Of a DNA stretch of 43,841 nt, positions 22,563 through 34,619 are shown piece after piece. The stretch covers positions 1-43,841 of the forward strand of contig JBNGIO010006320.1 of NCBI GenBank assembly GCA_049999805.1, in the 5' to 3' direction. The DNA comes from Folioceros fuciformis (Eukaryota). The notes under the pieces were generated by a model. That model saw only the letters and a program-made list of their open reading frames with translations, was not told the origin of the DNA and ran no database searches. Positions within the stretch are counted from its first letter, which is position 1. The number at the start of each line of letters is the position of its first letter. Made by a program: the position numbers and the translations under genes.

Positions 22563-25325
22563 ATGGCATTTTTGAAAGGTGCAGGTGACCTGCCCATTGC
22601 TGTACCAGCTGCTCCTCTGGCACATTCGGTTTTGTCTACTTCTGCGGTGAGCTGCAGCTGTTCGTACAGGCTTCCAGAGAGTGTACAATCTGTCAGGAGT
22701 AGGTGGAGGGGTAGAGATGCAAGGGGCGCTTTGTGGGGAGGCCATGGGGGCTTCGAATTTGGAATTTCCGGACCAAGGAGGGCCCGCATATGCAGCATTG
22801 TGTGCCAAGCTGTAAGTTTGGGAGGAATGCAACTGGGCTCTGGCAGGCGTTGCACTGGCGGGTGTTTGCCTGGTTGTGATTTGCTTTTGTCTCTGGATCT
22901 TTTGCTGCAGGAACCGTATGTTATATCGAAGCTTGAATCTGCCGAGCGAACCTACAAGGAGCTGTCGGTGAGAGTTGATCTCGTTGGCGTTGGAGAGAGA
23001 GCTCCGGGGCTGATGCTGGCACAGTTTCAGCTGATGGGTGGTGCAATGTACCCTGTGTGGTGGAATTGTAGATGAAATTGGCGGATCCCGAGGTTGCCAG
23101 TGATCCGTCAGAGTACCAGAAGCTAGCAAAGTCTGTGTCAGAACTGGAAGAGGTGGGAATCCTGCATTTTGTGTCGGCAGTTTCTTGGACGGTGGACTGT
23201 TGGTGGTGGAGGAGTACCAGATGTCGAGCTCTACTTCCCTGATGTTTTCAAGTGTTGCAGGTCGTGTCTACATTCCAGCGGTACAAAGATTGCATTGTAC
23301 GTTATGATGAAAGCAAAGGTCCGTGCTCCACTTGGTGTCCCTTGCGTGAGAAGGGTAGACGTTCTTGTTGTAATGCCTGCATGCTTTACATGACCAGATC
23401 TTGCCAAAGTATATGCTAGCGAGGATCCAGAGATGGCAGCAATGGCTGCTGAAGAAGCTGATTTGCTAGGGGAGGAAATCAAGGATTACGAAGGGAAGCT
23501 CAAGGTACATGTTACACTGCACCATATCGTTATACTGTCAGTGGAGACTTGGCGTCAATCAGAACTCTGTGAAGACTGTCAATATTGTGGTTGCAGCTTC
23601 TATTACTGCCAACAGATCCTCTTGATGCACGGAACATCATGCTCGAAGGTATAGTTAGCAGAAACAGTGGCAGTCTTCACCTAATGTTCACATCTTGGAA
23701 GGTGAAGGCGTGGTTGTTGATGGCTGGGCAACATGTTTTTACAGTTCGGGCTGGGACTGGAGGTGATGAGGCGGGAATATGGGCTGGAGATCTTGTAGGT
23801 ACACGTTCCCTTACTTCCCTCCTTGCTATATTCTACTGGTATCCAATCTGTCCTAAGGCATCTCATAAGTTTCCTATTACCTGAGCCGCAGACTGATTGT
23901 TTGAAACTGCTGTAGGTTCGAGTGTATCAAAAGTACGCTGAACGTAACAGGTGGAAAGTATCGCCAATTTCAAGCACCGAGGTGACTTTTCACTTGATGC
24001 ATCAGTCTGACGACGTACGTCGTAGACAATGGTGTGTTGGTTTAACCGGTTGGTATTCATGTCTTGGCAACACCTGAAGGCTGAGAAGGGCGGGTACAAG
24101 GAGTATGTTCTGGAAATCACCGGTGAACGGGTCTATAGCAAACTCAAATACGAATCGGGGGTGCATCGTGTTCAACGGGTTCCTGCAACCGAAAACCAAG
24201 GCCGGGTTCACACTTCGACTGCGACCGTTGCCATTATGCCAGAGGTAGGGTATATCTGGTGGAGTGTTCTTTGCAGGAGCTCGTCTTGTCAGGACATTCT
24301 CAGCATGACAAATGGAGATGAAAGACTCCTTCACACTCATGTCATCGTATACCGTGGTCGACGTGATGATTCTGTGGGCTTCTGTCACCATATGTTCCAG
24401 GTGGATGAGGTTGAAGTTGTTATTGACCCCAAAGATATAGAGTTGAGTACTGCAAGATCTGGTGGAGCTGGAGGTAACACTATCATCTCTATCTGCAATC
24501 CCGGGATGCCATGAAATCAGCTGTCAGGACTGGCTAATCTTATTGTTGGGTTTTCGCGGTTGTTCAGGTCAGAATGTAAACAAGGTTGAGACTGCTGTGG
24601 ACCTCATGCACAAGCCTACGGGCATCCGCATTTTCTGCACTGAAGAACGTTCCCAGCTGAAAAACAAGATTCGAGCCTTTCAGCTGCTCCGTGCAAAACT
24701 GTAAGGCATCTGCATTTAGCTTGTGTTGATCGTTTGGGGAAAGCAGGCTGCTATCCATCGCGCGAATCAACGAGCCCTTCTTGTATTGTCAGGTATGAGA
24801 TCAAACTGAGAGAACGTCAGGAGCAAATAAGTACGCAAAGAAAGTCACAGGTACGCAGAGCTGCACTCTGCTGGGCCCATACGCAGAACCATGGGCCGAT
24901 TGCGCTCACACCTTTGTTGTGATCTGGCCATTAGGTTGGCACTGGTGCCCGTGCAGAAAAGATCCGCACGTACAACTACAAGGTCAGAATTGGTTTTCGC
25001 ATCCTGATAGCAGTAGAGACATCGCATTAGGACTTCCGCCCCCGCCCACGCCCACGGATTCCTGACTCCTGATTCTCGGTGGGTTTTAGGACAACCGCGT
25101 TTCTGACCATCGGACGAAGATAAACTTCGACTTGCAGTCTTTCTTGAACGGCGACATCGAAGCAGCAGTCCAAGTAAGTAAATATGTCTGCTTTCAGATG
25201 GTGTGGCCGCTGCGGTTGTCGCAACTGTGTCTCACTCTCGCTGTTGGCAGTCATGCACGGCACTGGAGCAGAAAGAACTGCTTGAAGAGTTGGCAGCATC
25301 TGTTGCCAGCAAGTCTGTAGTTTAA
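22563..25325 (+). CDS. APG3: Organellar (probably plastid) peptide chain release factor 1, APG3-like, 15 exons
   Basis: Exons 22563-22811, 22911-22967, 23072-23152, 23261-23318, 23398-23504, 23597-23648, 23745-23794, 23916-23981, 24080-24244, 24401-24473, 24568-24700, 24793-24850, 24935-24982, 25090-25173, 25251-25325. S/A/R-rich transit-peptide-like exon 1, then [27 protein letters not shown] (RF1 PxT), RSGGAGGQNVNK (GGQ split by an intron), [16 protein letters not shown]. An upstream in-frame ATG exists at 22494. Confidence 0.93.
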
Positions 25326-25910
25326 GGGAGGTGGTTTAGGGAGTTACTTCTCAAGTGTACCTATCTTTTAATCAGTTGGCGTAGTTAGCTGTATGAAGAG
25401 AAAACTCCCGGTGTAACGCTTAGAGATGCCGAAAACGTGCTGAGATTATATCCTCCGCTCAGTCTCTTGGACACTTGTCGAGAAGACAGAAGTTCGAGAA
25501 CCACAAGTTTCATTAACAAGGTGCAAAACGACATCACTGGCACTGACCTACTCGGGGGTCAGGTCCCGCCTTACGAGGAGAGTCCGAGCAGACTGCCACT
25601 GTCTGAAGTTTTCCTTCGCAATTCACGACCACAGACCACAGCAATCGGCGGTACTGCAACTTGATGCAAAAATAGCAGAGGGAAGTACTAGTAACTACAC
25701 AGGTGCCAATACAAATTCCTGCTGGACAAGTTCAGAATCTGGACTGCTGCTGCTGCGAGCCAGTCACAAATGAACTCGTAAAGCGTCTGTAAGAGTATAA
25801 TCCAGCTCGGGCTACATATGAGCACGACAAGTGCCTGCGGAATGTGAATAGTACAGTTGTACATCCATACGGTCAGTTGGCGAGAAGGAAAGGCAGCACC
25901 CGGTGCAAGC

Positions 25911-26381
25911 TCACATGAAGGCGGCCCTGAGGTTGGACCTCGAGTAGTAAGACTTGACATCACACGCCAGGCCCTCGTCGAAGTTGGAGACGGGATAGGA
26001 CTTGGAGATGATGCCGACCGAGAATTTGAGGTCATCTCCCTGCACTTCGATGCCGTTGATTCCGAACCACAGGAAGAGCACCTTGACCTGCACGCCTCCG
26101 AGGTCTTTCAAGACGCCGTAGTGGAGCACGCCGGTGATCTTATCCGAGTACTTGACCGGTATGCTCTCCCCGGGGATGGTGAAGGAGCAGGATCCGGCCA
26201 GATTCACCACGAACTTGCCGTTCTCCTCCAGTGTGTAGCTCACCACCGTCTCCGGGAGCAATCCCCTGGGGAATCCGTACGCCTCCAGCTGATCATAAGC
26301 CGTCAGCTCGTTGCCGACCGCTGCGGTTGCCGCCGCGATCAGCAGCAGCAGCGCCAGGGGAAGTTGCCACCCTCTCTTCAT
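25911..26381 (-). CDS. DUF538 family protein with N-terminal signal peptide, single exon
   Basis: MKRGWQLPLALLLLIAAATAA signal, then TAYDQLEAYGFPRGLLP...GKFVV...VKYSDKITGVL...LGGVQVKVLFLWFGI...FSVGIISKSYPVSNF. Confidence 0.92.
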   Translation of the reverse strand: MKRGWQLPLALLLLIAAATAAVGNELTAYDQLEAYGFPRGLLPETVVSYTLEENGKFVVNLAGSCSFTIPGESIPVKYSDKITGVLHYGVLKDLGGVQVKVLFLWFGINGIEVQGDDLKFSVGIISKSYPVSNFDEGLACDVKSYYSRSNLRAAFM

Positions 26382-27343
26382 CCTCCGCAACTCCTCCTCT
26401 CACCCCCTCGCGCAGCCAGGAGGCGGTGAGGCTGCAGCCGCAGCGGACAATCCTCTAACGCTTCCGCTTCCACCCTGCCACTGTGAGCTCAGCTCTACAC
26501 CGCCGCTGCCTGGCCGACGCAGCGGCAACAGTACTGGCACTTGGATTTTATAAGGTCCCCAATGGTTCTCTCCGATACATCGGAGGACAGTGATTGAGAA
26601 CTCACACTTATTTAGAACACAAGCTAAACTGCCCTATCCTAGACAAGGAGCGAGACGTGTTCTACTCGGGGACACCCGGATTGGCAGCCTCCCCTGGCTG
26701 GAAACCCGCCACATTGGCTACCTTGAGGACAGACTACAGTAGAGTAGGCAATGGACAAGCGGGCTCACGGCTTCTCTCGATGACAAGTTACAACATATTC
26801 CTCTGCAAAGGACTCTGGATGTAGAAGAGCCGCCGGCACGAGGTGACGCTAGCACCGGTGTTGAAGTAGTCAAGACTAGTTCCCGGGCGGCCAAGTTGGT
26901 ATCGCAGCAAGCTCCTGGAAGATGACTTGCCACTGATTGCTGCGGAATCGGCATGTGCAAAATGCTTCTGACAGAAAGAGTCTGTGCGGACCATTTCCGA
27001 ATTTCTTGAATCTGACAAACGCAGACACTGTGGCGCATGTATGTATGAATGGACCTGGGTGCATACAAGGTGCATGTATGGACGTCCGTACATGTATGAA
27101 CATCTGTCTGGCTGGCTTGTGTGTATGGAAGGACATGAACCACGGAAACGGTAAAGGGTTAGCACTGCAGGGGGTCAGGCAGGCAGAGAGCAACATGTGC
27201 GACAGGACGCCTGAAGAGAGCCTGAATGGCTGGTTGCCTGCGACTGAATCTCCGGATAGAATATTCGGCCATCCCGCCCGCATGGCATGAAAGTCGAACA
27301 CTCCCTGGAAGGCAGCAACACGCCTAACACTCCCTGCTGAAAG

Positions 27344-29688
27344 ATGAAGGCGGGTACGGGGCTTACTCTGGTTCTGCTCGAATGTTTGCTTGGTGTGGCA
27401 GAATGTGCGATCAGGTCGACGCTGGATGGGCCCTTCCCCTCGCTCACAGTTCCCTTCGCATTTCGTGGCGCTCCCAGCGAGGATCTGCCTGGGTACGATC
27501 CCCGGGTGGTGAAGCGTGTTGAGGGCATTTTTCCCGAGCAGATCATGCTAGCTGTGTCCACTCCGGATGCGATGTGGGTGTCGTGGATCACAGGTGGGAA
27601 GTAAGGGACCTGCAGGCTTGCCCGTCATAGACATTGGTTTTAACAACTGGATTATAATTGGTGCCTGGAAGTTGAGCAAAACATGGCGTGTGATGGTGCA
27701 GGGGACTCTCAGCTGGGTCCCAAGGTGACTCCTCTGGATCCCTCTTCGGTGGCCAGTGTGGTGCTTTACGGCGAACGTAGTGGCGATCTGGAACGGAATG
27801 CCACCGGGAGCTCCCTTGTGTACAGCCAGATATATCCTTTTCAGGGCTTGTTGAACTACACGTCGGGCATCATACACCATGTGCGAATCACAGGTGAGAA
27901 AGTACAGCTCCAAAGGATGAGGATGGGGAGCAGGAATCGTCGCCTCTACCTCTCCTTCTCGGTGGAGACGTACCAGTTGAGCTGAAATAAATCTCGAATT
28001 GTTCATCGAATTGACATCCTTGGGAATTGCAGGATTGAAGCCGAGCACTGAGTATTACTATCAGTGCGGGGACCCTGCTCTGTCCGCCCTGAGCCCCGAA
28101 TACTACTTCAAGACTCTCCCAGCTCCGAGTGCACACAGCTATCCCAGCAAAATTGCCTTCATCGGGGACCTGGGACTCACCTACAACAGCACCACCACAT
28201 TCGGGCACATGAGTAAGAACAAGCCCGACCTTCTGGTGATGATCGGCGACTTGTCCTACGCCAATCTTTACATCACAAACGGCACGGGCTCCGCCAGCTA
28301 TTCCAATGCCTTCGGCGACATCACTCCCATCCACGAAACCTATCAGCCCCGCTGGGACTACTGGGGGAGGTAAGGCGGTGCCGAACCAGAACCAGATTTG
28401 CGTGCTACGCGAGAGTCACGAGGCTTCCACATTGTATTGTCCATCCTTGTCGCAGGTTCGTTGAGCCTTTCACGCGCCATGTACCGATGATGGTGACGCA
28501 AGGCAACCATGAGTACGAGGAGCAGAAGGACGGCATCACATTCGCCTCCTACCAGGCCAGATTCGCCATGCCTTACCAAGAAAGTGGCTCTCCCACCCCC
28601 ATGTACTACTCCTTTGATGCAGGCGGCGTGCACCTGGTCATGATCGGAGCGTACGTCGACTATCGACGTTCAAGTGAACCTCGATTCCTTTCCGAGCTCC
28701 TCAGTCTGGATGCCAGGTGCGCAGCAGCCCTTTTGATTCATCACACGGCCTCATCTGATCAAGTGACTTGTGTTGCCAAAAATGTTGCAGGTGAGCAGTA
28801 CGCGTGGTTGGAGAAGGACCTGGCCAAGGTGGACAGGAAGGTGACGCCATGGCTGGTTGCCGTGTGGCATCCTCCCTGGTATAACAGCTACAGCGCGCAC
28901 TACCGCGAATTTGGGTGCATGCGTCTGGAGATGGAGGACCTGCTCTACTCCCGCGGCGTCGACTTGGTGCTCGCAGGCCATGTAAGTGTGCATCGCCGGA
29001 TCGGGGACTTGCGGTGAATGCAGAGTTTGGATAAAGGCAAGTCTTAGATGTTGTGCAGTGCTCGGATGGATTCTTGCCGGTGATGTCCTTCAAGCAAATC
29101 CAAGAGAGACTGATGACTTGCTGCAACAACTTAAATATCCCCGCCTGCAGGTGCACGCGTACGAGAGGATGAACCGCGTCTACAACTACACTCTGGATCC
29201 TTGCGGGCCGATTCACATCACTGTCGGGGACGGCGGCAACCGCGAGAAGATGGCCATCCCGCACGCGGACGAGCCCGGAGGCTGCCCCTCGCCGGAGGAC
29301 TCCGCTCCCGAGGGGGAGGACGTGACCGGCCTCAACTGCGCCTTCAACTTCACCTCCGGCCCCGCCACTGGGAGCTTCTGCTGGGACCGCCAGCCGGAGT
29401 GGAGCGCTCTTCGGGAAACCAGCTTCGGCCATGGCGTTCTCCAGGTGAGCTCCGCGGTATTGCAACGTTGCCGCATTGACATTTTGGCAATGCATTTCCC
29501 TTGGAATGAAACGTGGTGCGAATCGTTGGATGCAGGTGGTGAACTCGACTCATGCGCTGTGGACTTGGCACCGGAACCAGGACGGAGCCGGCGATCCCAG
29601 GGGAGACGAGATCTTCATCGTGCGCCAGCCGGGGCTGTGCAACAACTCCCCTTGCGAAACGCGTCCGGAGGATAGCACATCAGTGTAG
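27344..29688 (+). CDS. Secreted purple acid phosphatase, PAP15/PAP23 (phytase-like) clade, 7 exons
   Basis: Exons 27344-27593, 27702-27893, 28033-28369, 28456-28673, 28791-28981, 29151-29444, 29536-29688. Signal peptide; STLDGPF, PEQI, NYTSGIIHHV; metal motifs GDLG, GDLSY, GNHE, AVWH, GHVH; clade motifs TPIHETYQPRWD, GDGGNREKM, FCWDRQPEWSA. Confidence 0.95.
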
Positions 29689-30780
29689 GAGGGGGTAGCC
29701 TAGAAGAGCGGCATTGCAATGGCAGCAGCCCTAATTTTTGTTACCCCCAAGCGACATGCGCAACTACCGGGATGCACGGTGCTGGAGGAAAGGCAGGCTA
29801 GCTAGCTCCCGGTGCTGGAGGAGCGTGTGCAATGGCAAGCAGGCAGCGCCTGTTGAAGGGACGCGATGGCCATGGCCGCGATGCTTAACCCGGGGTTACG
29901 GAAGTTACGCAAGCATGGCCTGCTCCGATGATGCTCTGCCCCGCCCTTTCTGATCAACCTGAGCCGCACCCGTGCGACCTTTTGCCATCGCAGCTCTACC
30001 TTTGCCTGGCGGACCATCGCCTTTGCCTCCCCTTCCCAGCCCGCCTGCTTCGCACCGCTACCGCTGCTGCGATCCATCTCCGGCTTTCTCCCCTTACTTT
30101 GCTCTTTCGCGCAGCCTGAGCAGGAGCGATGTCCACGCCCCGACTGCTGCGCGCCCGGCTGCCCGTGCAGGTGCTGCTCGCCTCCCCGGCTCCTGCTAGG
30201 AACCTCCCAGGATCGCGTCCGGGATGAATGAGGGAGGGAGGGAGCGAGTCGGTGCGCCTTGCTGCTGCCCGGAGCCTCGGCTGGATCGTTCACGGTTGGT
30301 TTCTGGCCAGGTGGTTGCTGCCGCCTCCTTCGACTTGAGTTGGTGAGTGAGTTGCTGCGGCCAGATCGGGAGTGGTCGCAGCTCTTAGAAACTTCGGCTC
30401 TGCTCTGCTCGAAGTCCGCTCCTGCCCCGGCAATTGTGCTTCGCGCGATTTTGAGATGAGACGGGCCATAGGTGGAGGCAGGCTGGGTCGGAGTAGGCTG
30501 ATGCGCAATGCAACTGGGAGTTGGGAATCGGCATGAGAAATTGGGGGCTCCCAAGTGCGAGGGACGGGACGGGAAGGGAGGCCGCCCAACTGATTGTGGA
30601 GGCGTAGCGTGAGCTTTGCGCAGCTACTAGCGATGCGGGAGGCAGAGTATGATTTTCTCTAGCACTGGAGGTGCGGCATTTGCAGGCTGTAGGGTAGGAA
30701 TGACGGAATGAATCCAGCTTCTTTCGGCGCGGAAGCGAAGGGGAGGAGGATATGTTAGGGAGCGGCGCTCCGTAGACTAC

Positions 30781-33700
30781 ATGACGTTGCCTGCGCGCCT
30801 GAATTTGGCTTTAGCAACACTTGGTGCTAGTCATGAGACAAGAGGGCGACGACAGTAAGTAATGTTACTTCATGTCTCACCTTCTGCGACCTGCGTTGCG
30901 GGGCTTGCTCTTCGCGTGAGCTGGAGTCGTGCATTCTTTCCTCAACCTAACTGTTCTCAGAGTTATCGCAGATGGCAGTAGAGTGCTTTTGGATATCGCT
31001 GTGGAGGTTGCGGATGGCGTGGTGGAACATATTGAGATGGTGGAAGGGGAGTCAGCAGAGGAGGTGGCTCGCAGATTCTGCACCAAGTTTGGTCTTCCCA
31101 GCCATTTTGTCACGCCGCTCACCGAGCACATCGTCAGCAATCTCATTTCTATAATGTAAACTTCTCTGCTTCCAGCTTGTTTCCCTCCAGTCCAGTGTGG
31201 AGCCGCGTTCAAGGATCTTGATGTTTGCCAGACTGTTTCTGAGAACGCAGGGTGCTTCCGGTGTTGGTGTGATTTCGTTTGAGTCACATTTGGGTCTAGG
31301 CCTGTGCTCATGGGAAGCCTGAACTTTTGCAGTGAAGATGACAATGAGGACCTTGTGTTTCAACATGAAGCTGGGCCTTCGTCTACATCTTCACAGCGCC
31401 TGGCCAAACGACCTGCATCGGTTAAGAGTGATCCAGGATACGGGAGGAAGACGCAGTCCGTCCGATCCCGAGATCGTGCAGACACTCCTACGTCTGAGAG
31501 ACCTGCCCCTAAGAAGGGCGAACGGAGATTCTCTGAGCGTATACATTCCCACACCTTTGCAAGCAATTCGAAGACCCTGACCGAGCGGGAAGCGCAGAGG
31601 AAGAGGGATTTGGGTCGGCAATCTTCGTTGAGTGATCCTGTATCGGAGAAGGCGGTAAAGTGCAACATCCCATCCTGCCTGTCGCGTTCAGGGGGTGGGG
31701 GAAACTGTTGTTGCTGGATGCACTGTGGGAGCAATTCTCATCATGGTCTCGTGCAAACCCAGAAAACGATCTACATGCGGCTGTACACGGAGTTCATGGC
31801 CCAAAAGAAGAAGCAGGAGGAAGTCAGAAGACAAAGTGAGATACACTTCCAAACCCAGGTTGCGACCAATCGGGGCGCCATCTCCAGGGTGAGGGAGCCT
31901 TCCTCCTGTCCTGTATTTTGTCTTGTTCGTTGCTGGACTGGCGGATTCACTCCAAAATGCCGTGGTCGCTTTCTACAGTACTCCTATTGGTTGATGCGTA
32001 AGCGAGGAAGAAAGGCGAGGCAGTTCAGGAACTACGGTGAGCTGTTATATGAGGAGGCTCTTGACCAAAAGATTCAGAGAAAGAAGCTGATTGACCAGAG
32101 AAAGAAAGAAGTTGCAGCTAAGGAGGTTGAAGGACTAACATGGACTCCAAAAATTAGGTGCCTAATCTTTCTGTCATGGGAGACGCACAACTATCCTTAG
32201 GGGATGGTGGTGATGGAAGTGAGCGTAAGTCAGGTTGGGGTCAGAACTGAGATCAAGGGAGAAAGGGGATAGAGAGCAAGTAGATCCTCCTGCTATTTGA
32301 CTTACTTTTTCCCCCCTTGGTTATGAAGCAAGCATTCGCACAATTTGAAACAAGACCAAGCACAGTACTGGCTACGACTACACGCTGCCGATCCTTCAAT
32401 CCAGGAGCACGTCAATGAGTTACGAAAAGAGGTCAGCTCTGGCCTCCTAGCTTTGGCTGCGGATTTTTTCCCTCTCTGTTTAAAATGTTCTAAATTCGGG
32501 ATGGCATTGGTTAGCTTTGGGCGCACGAGTTGATGGAGTGCACCTTCAAACCTCAAGTGAATCCACACGAAGACGAAGCTGATGAAGCTGGGACAACATC
32601 TCGATTTGAACATCTCTACTTGGATTCGGAGAATCGTAAAAAACGGCAAGCGGAGTACGTGCAGTGGTTTCCCGACGAGTAAGTCTGGGTCTTTTGGACC
32701 TATTCTGGTGCGTGTCACAGCTCGGTCCTGAGGTCTCATCCAGACAAGCCTGATTTTGACTTGCATCACACTGGTCTGCAGATACACATTCCAGCCAACG
32801 ATCAATAAGAGGCCTCCAAAGACTCCTCCTGCTAAGGAAGAAGGTACCGTCTTTGACAGGCTGGTGGATTATGCTGCACGGTTGACTGAGAAGAAGAAAA
32901 CTTTGCAAGAGAAACGGGTTATGGTGGTAGATCCTGTAACGGGTCAAGAGTTGTACAAACCCCGCACAGGTCGCAGGCCCGTCGTTCCAGTAAGAATTGA
33001 TGTTCGCCACCACCTCTGCTTCATTTCCGGTATCTGACATTGAGGATTGGTTGTCCATTTAATGCTCCTGGTACTGTCTAACCAGTCTGAATACACGTTA
33101 TGCCTACCCAGTTTTAGTGCTGGCCTGGTGTTGTCTAACGTGAAGCCTCCCCTTTTGGACTGCAGAGGAACACGAACTCACTCCCAATCGGACACTTTTT
33201 GTACCAACTCAAAGCTATCATTGACGCGAAAAAGAAGCAAAGTGCGGAAAGGGATGCCATGTCGAGAAAACAGGCGCGCCATGTACATTATGTTGGGCAC
33301 AACTCGCAGAAGATAGTTGAGAAATTGAAACAACGAAACTTCCAGGAGATTTTTGAGCACCTGGACCATGACAAGGTTGATTGACTTCATCCTTGAAGCC
33401 CTCCTTGTAAAGCTTCTGAGCTGGCAGTGTGTCTCAAACGCTTTTGGTTTCAGGATGGTGTTGTTCATCTGGACAGTGCCGACTTCAGGCGTCTAAGCGC
33501 TGAAGTTGTGAAGGATCTCGATGTGGTGAAGAAGTTGGGAGCTGAGCGCCAAATGTCCTTTCGGCAGTTTGCTAAAGTGATGGCAACCTCCCAGGTAACT
33601 TCGCCTCCCGGAAATAGGTAGCTGGGCTTAGTACTTCCTGTTTTATGGTTCCCGTTGTTCAACCCTGAACTACATTTTCGAAGACCATGGAAATGTGATG

Positions 33701-34619
33701 CGATTGAAGGACACCTCTTTCAATGGAATCTCCCATGGCAGCCAGTGTCATATTCTGCCCAAGGAAATGACATCCTTGCAAATTTTTGAGTTAACCGTTT
33801 TTGTGCGCAGAAGCACAGAGGGAGGAGGGGTTCTCATGCTTGTGGGTGTATTGTCGCGCAACACAGCAAAGACTGGGTGTTGGAACACCAGCATCCATGG
33901 AAAATGAATCAGTTGTCAAGAAACTTGGCCGCTCGGAAAAGACAATACGGGTGCCTACCTAGCTATTGTATTGTATCGACGATGTCTGATGTATTTCCCA
34001 CTAGTGCTCACCTAATGTCTTGGGGTCTGTTTGCAGTTCGAGTCGGCAGTGGTACAGGATACTTATAGCGGATAGAGAGAAAGGTATGGCCAAAATTGAG
34101 GCTCTGCGAAATGAGATAAAGAAGCAGGAGATGGCTGAGTGCACTTTTCGGCCTGAGCTTTGTAGCTCGAAAAAGAACAAGGGAAGATCACAGGTTTGTG
34201 GCCATAATGCATTGCCCACTATGCACAGGAGATGTCACGGGTGCCAAGTGTCCGAAGGTGGATTAAAAAATGATGACATTGACATTTAAGTGTTGATCAA
34301 ACTTCCAGCAAACTCGAGCGACCGGGGGGACTGGTTTTGCTGAGCACGCATCGTCATCAACTGCTCTTGTGAAGGAGCCGCACGAAGTTCATGGCTTCAT
34401 CTTCAATGAAGCAGGTGGTTCCGGTATGTGGAAAGCACCCAAAAATTTTGTACAACTTCATGTATTGATAAGTGGCTGGGGCTTTAACCAGCCTCTACAG
34501 TCCATGCTTGCACTCTCATCTGGGATATCGCAAATTTACACGTATGTGGTCTAGATTTCCTTTCCTGTCCTCGCAAGAAACACTCCCTTCGAGAACTAAT
34601 CCATTCGTTTGGTCCGTGA
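30781..34619 (+). CDS. Uncharacterised multi-exon K/R/E-rich protein with repeated (EC/Y)TF(K/Q/R)P modules and an EF-hand-like segment; both ends uncertain
   Basis: Frame-consistent GT-AG exon chain 30781-30854, 30961-31155, 31333-31654, 31763-31888, 31979-32157, 32329-32431, 32515-32678, 32782-32989, 33166-33375, 33454-33594, 33811-33950, 34037-34193 (673 codons), continuing in frame at 34309. The 3' end is unresolved (candidate stops 34554, 34619, 35069). Confidence 0.8.

Noticed and set aside
21663..23075. 470-aa plus-strand ORF overlapping UBP24
   Set aside because: The 5' part is the GC-rich antisense shadow of UBP24 with a TTG start; only 22563-22811 and 22911-22967 are credible RF1 exons.
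22563..25325. Bacterial contamination or recent horizontal transfer of prfA
   Set aside because: Fourteen spliceosomal introns and a transit-peptide-like exon indicate the normal endosymbiont-derived nuclear gene.
26594..27301. Several 76-141 aa ORFs between the DUF538 and PAP genes
   Set aside because: Overlapping on both strands, with no motifs or consistent splice structure; likely divergent promoter/UTR DNA.
29802..30554. 250-aa minus-strand ORF
   Set aside because: GC-rich region with a TTG start and no motifs; better explained as the leader/promoter of the downstream plus-strand gene.
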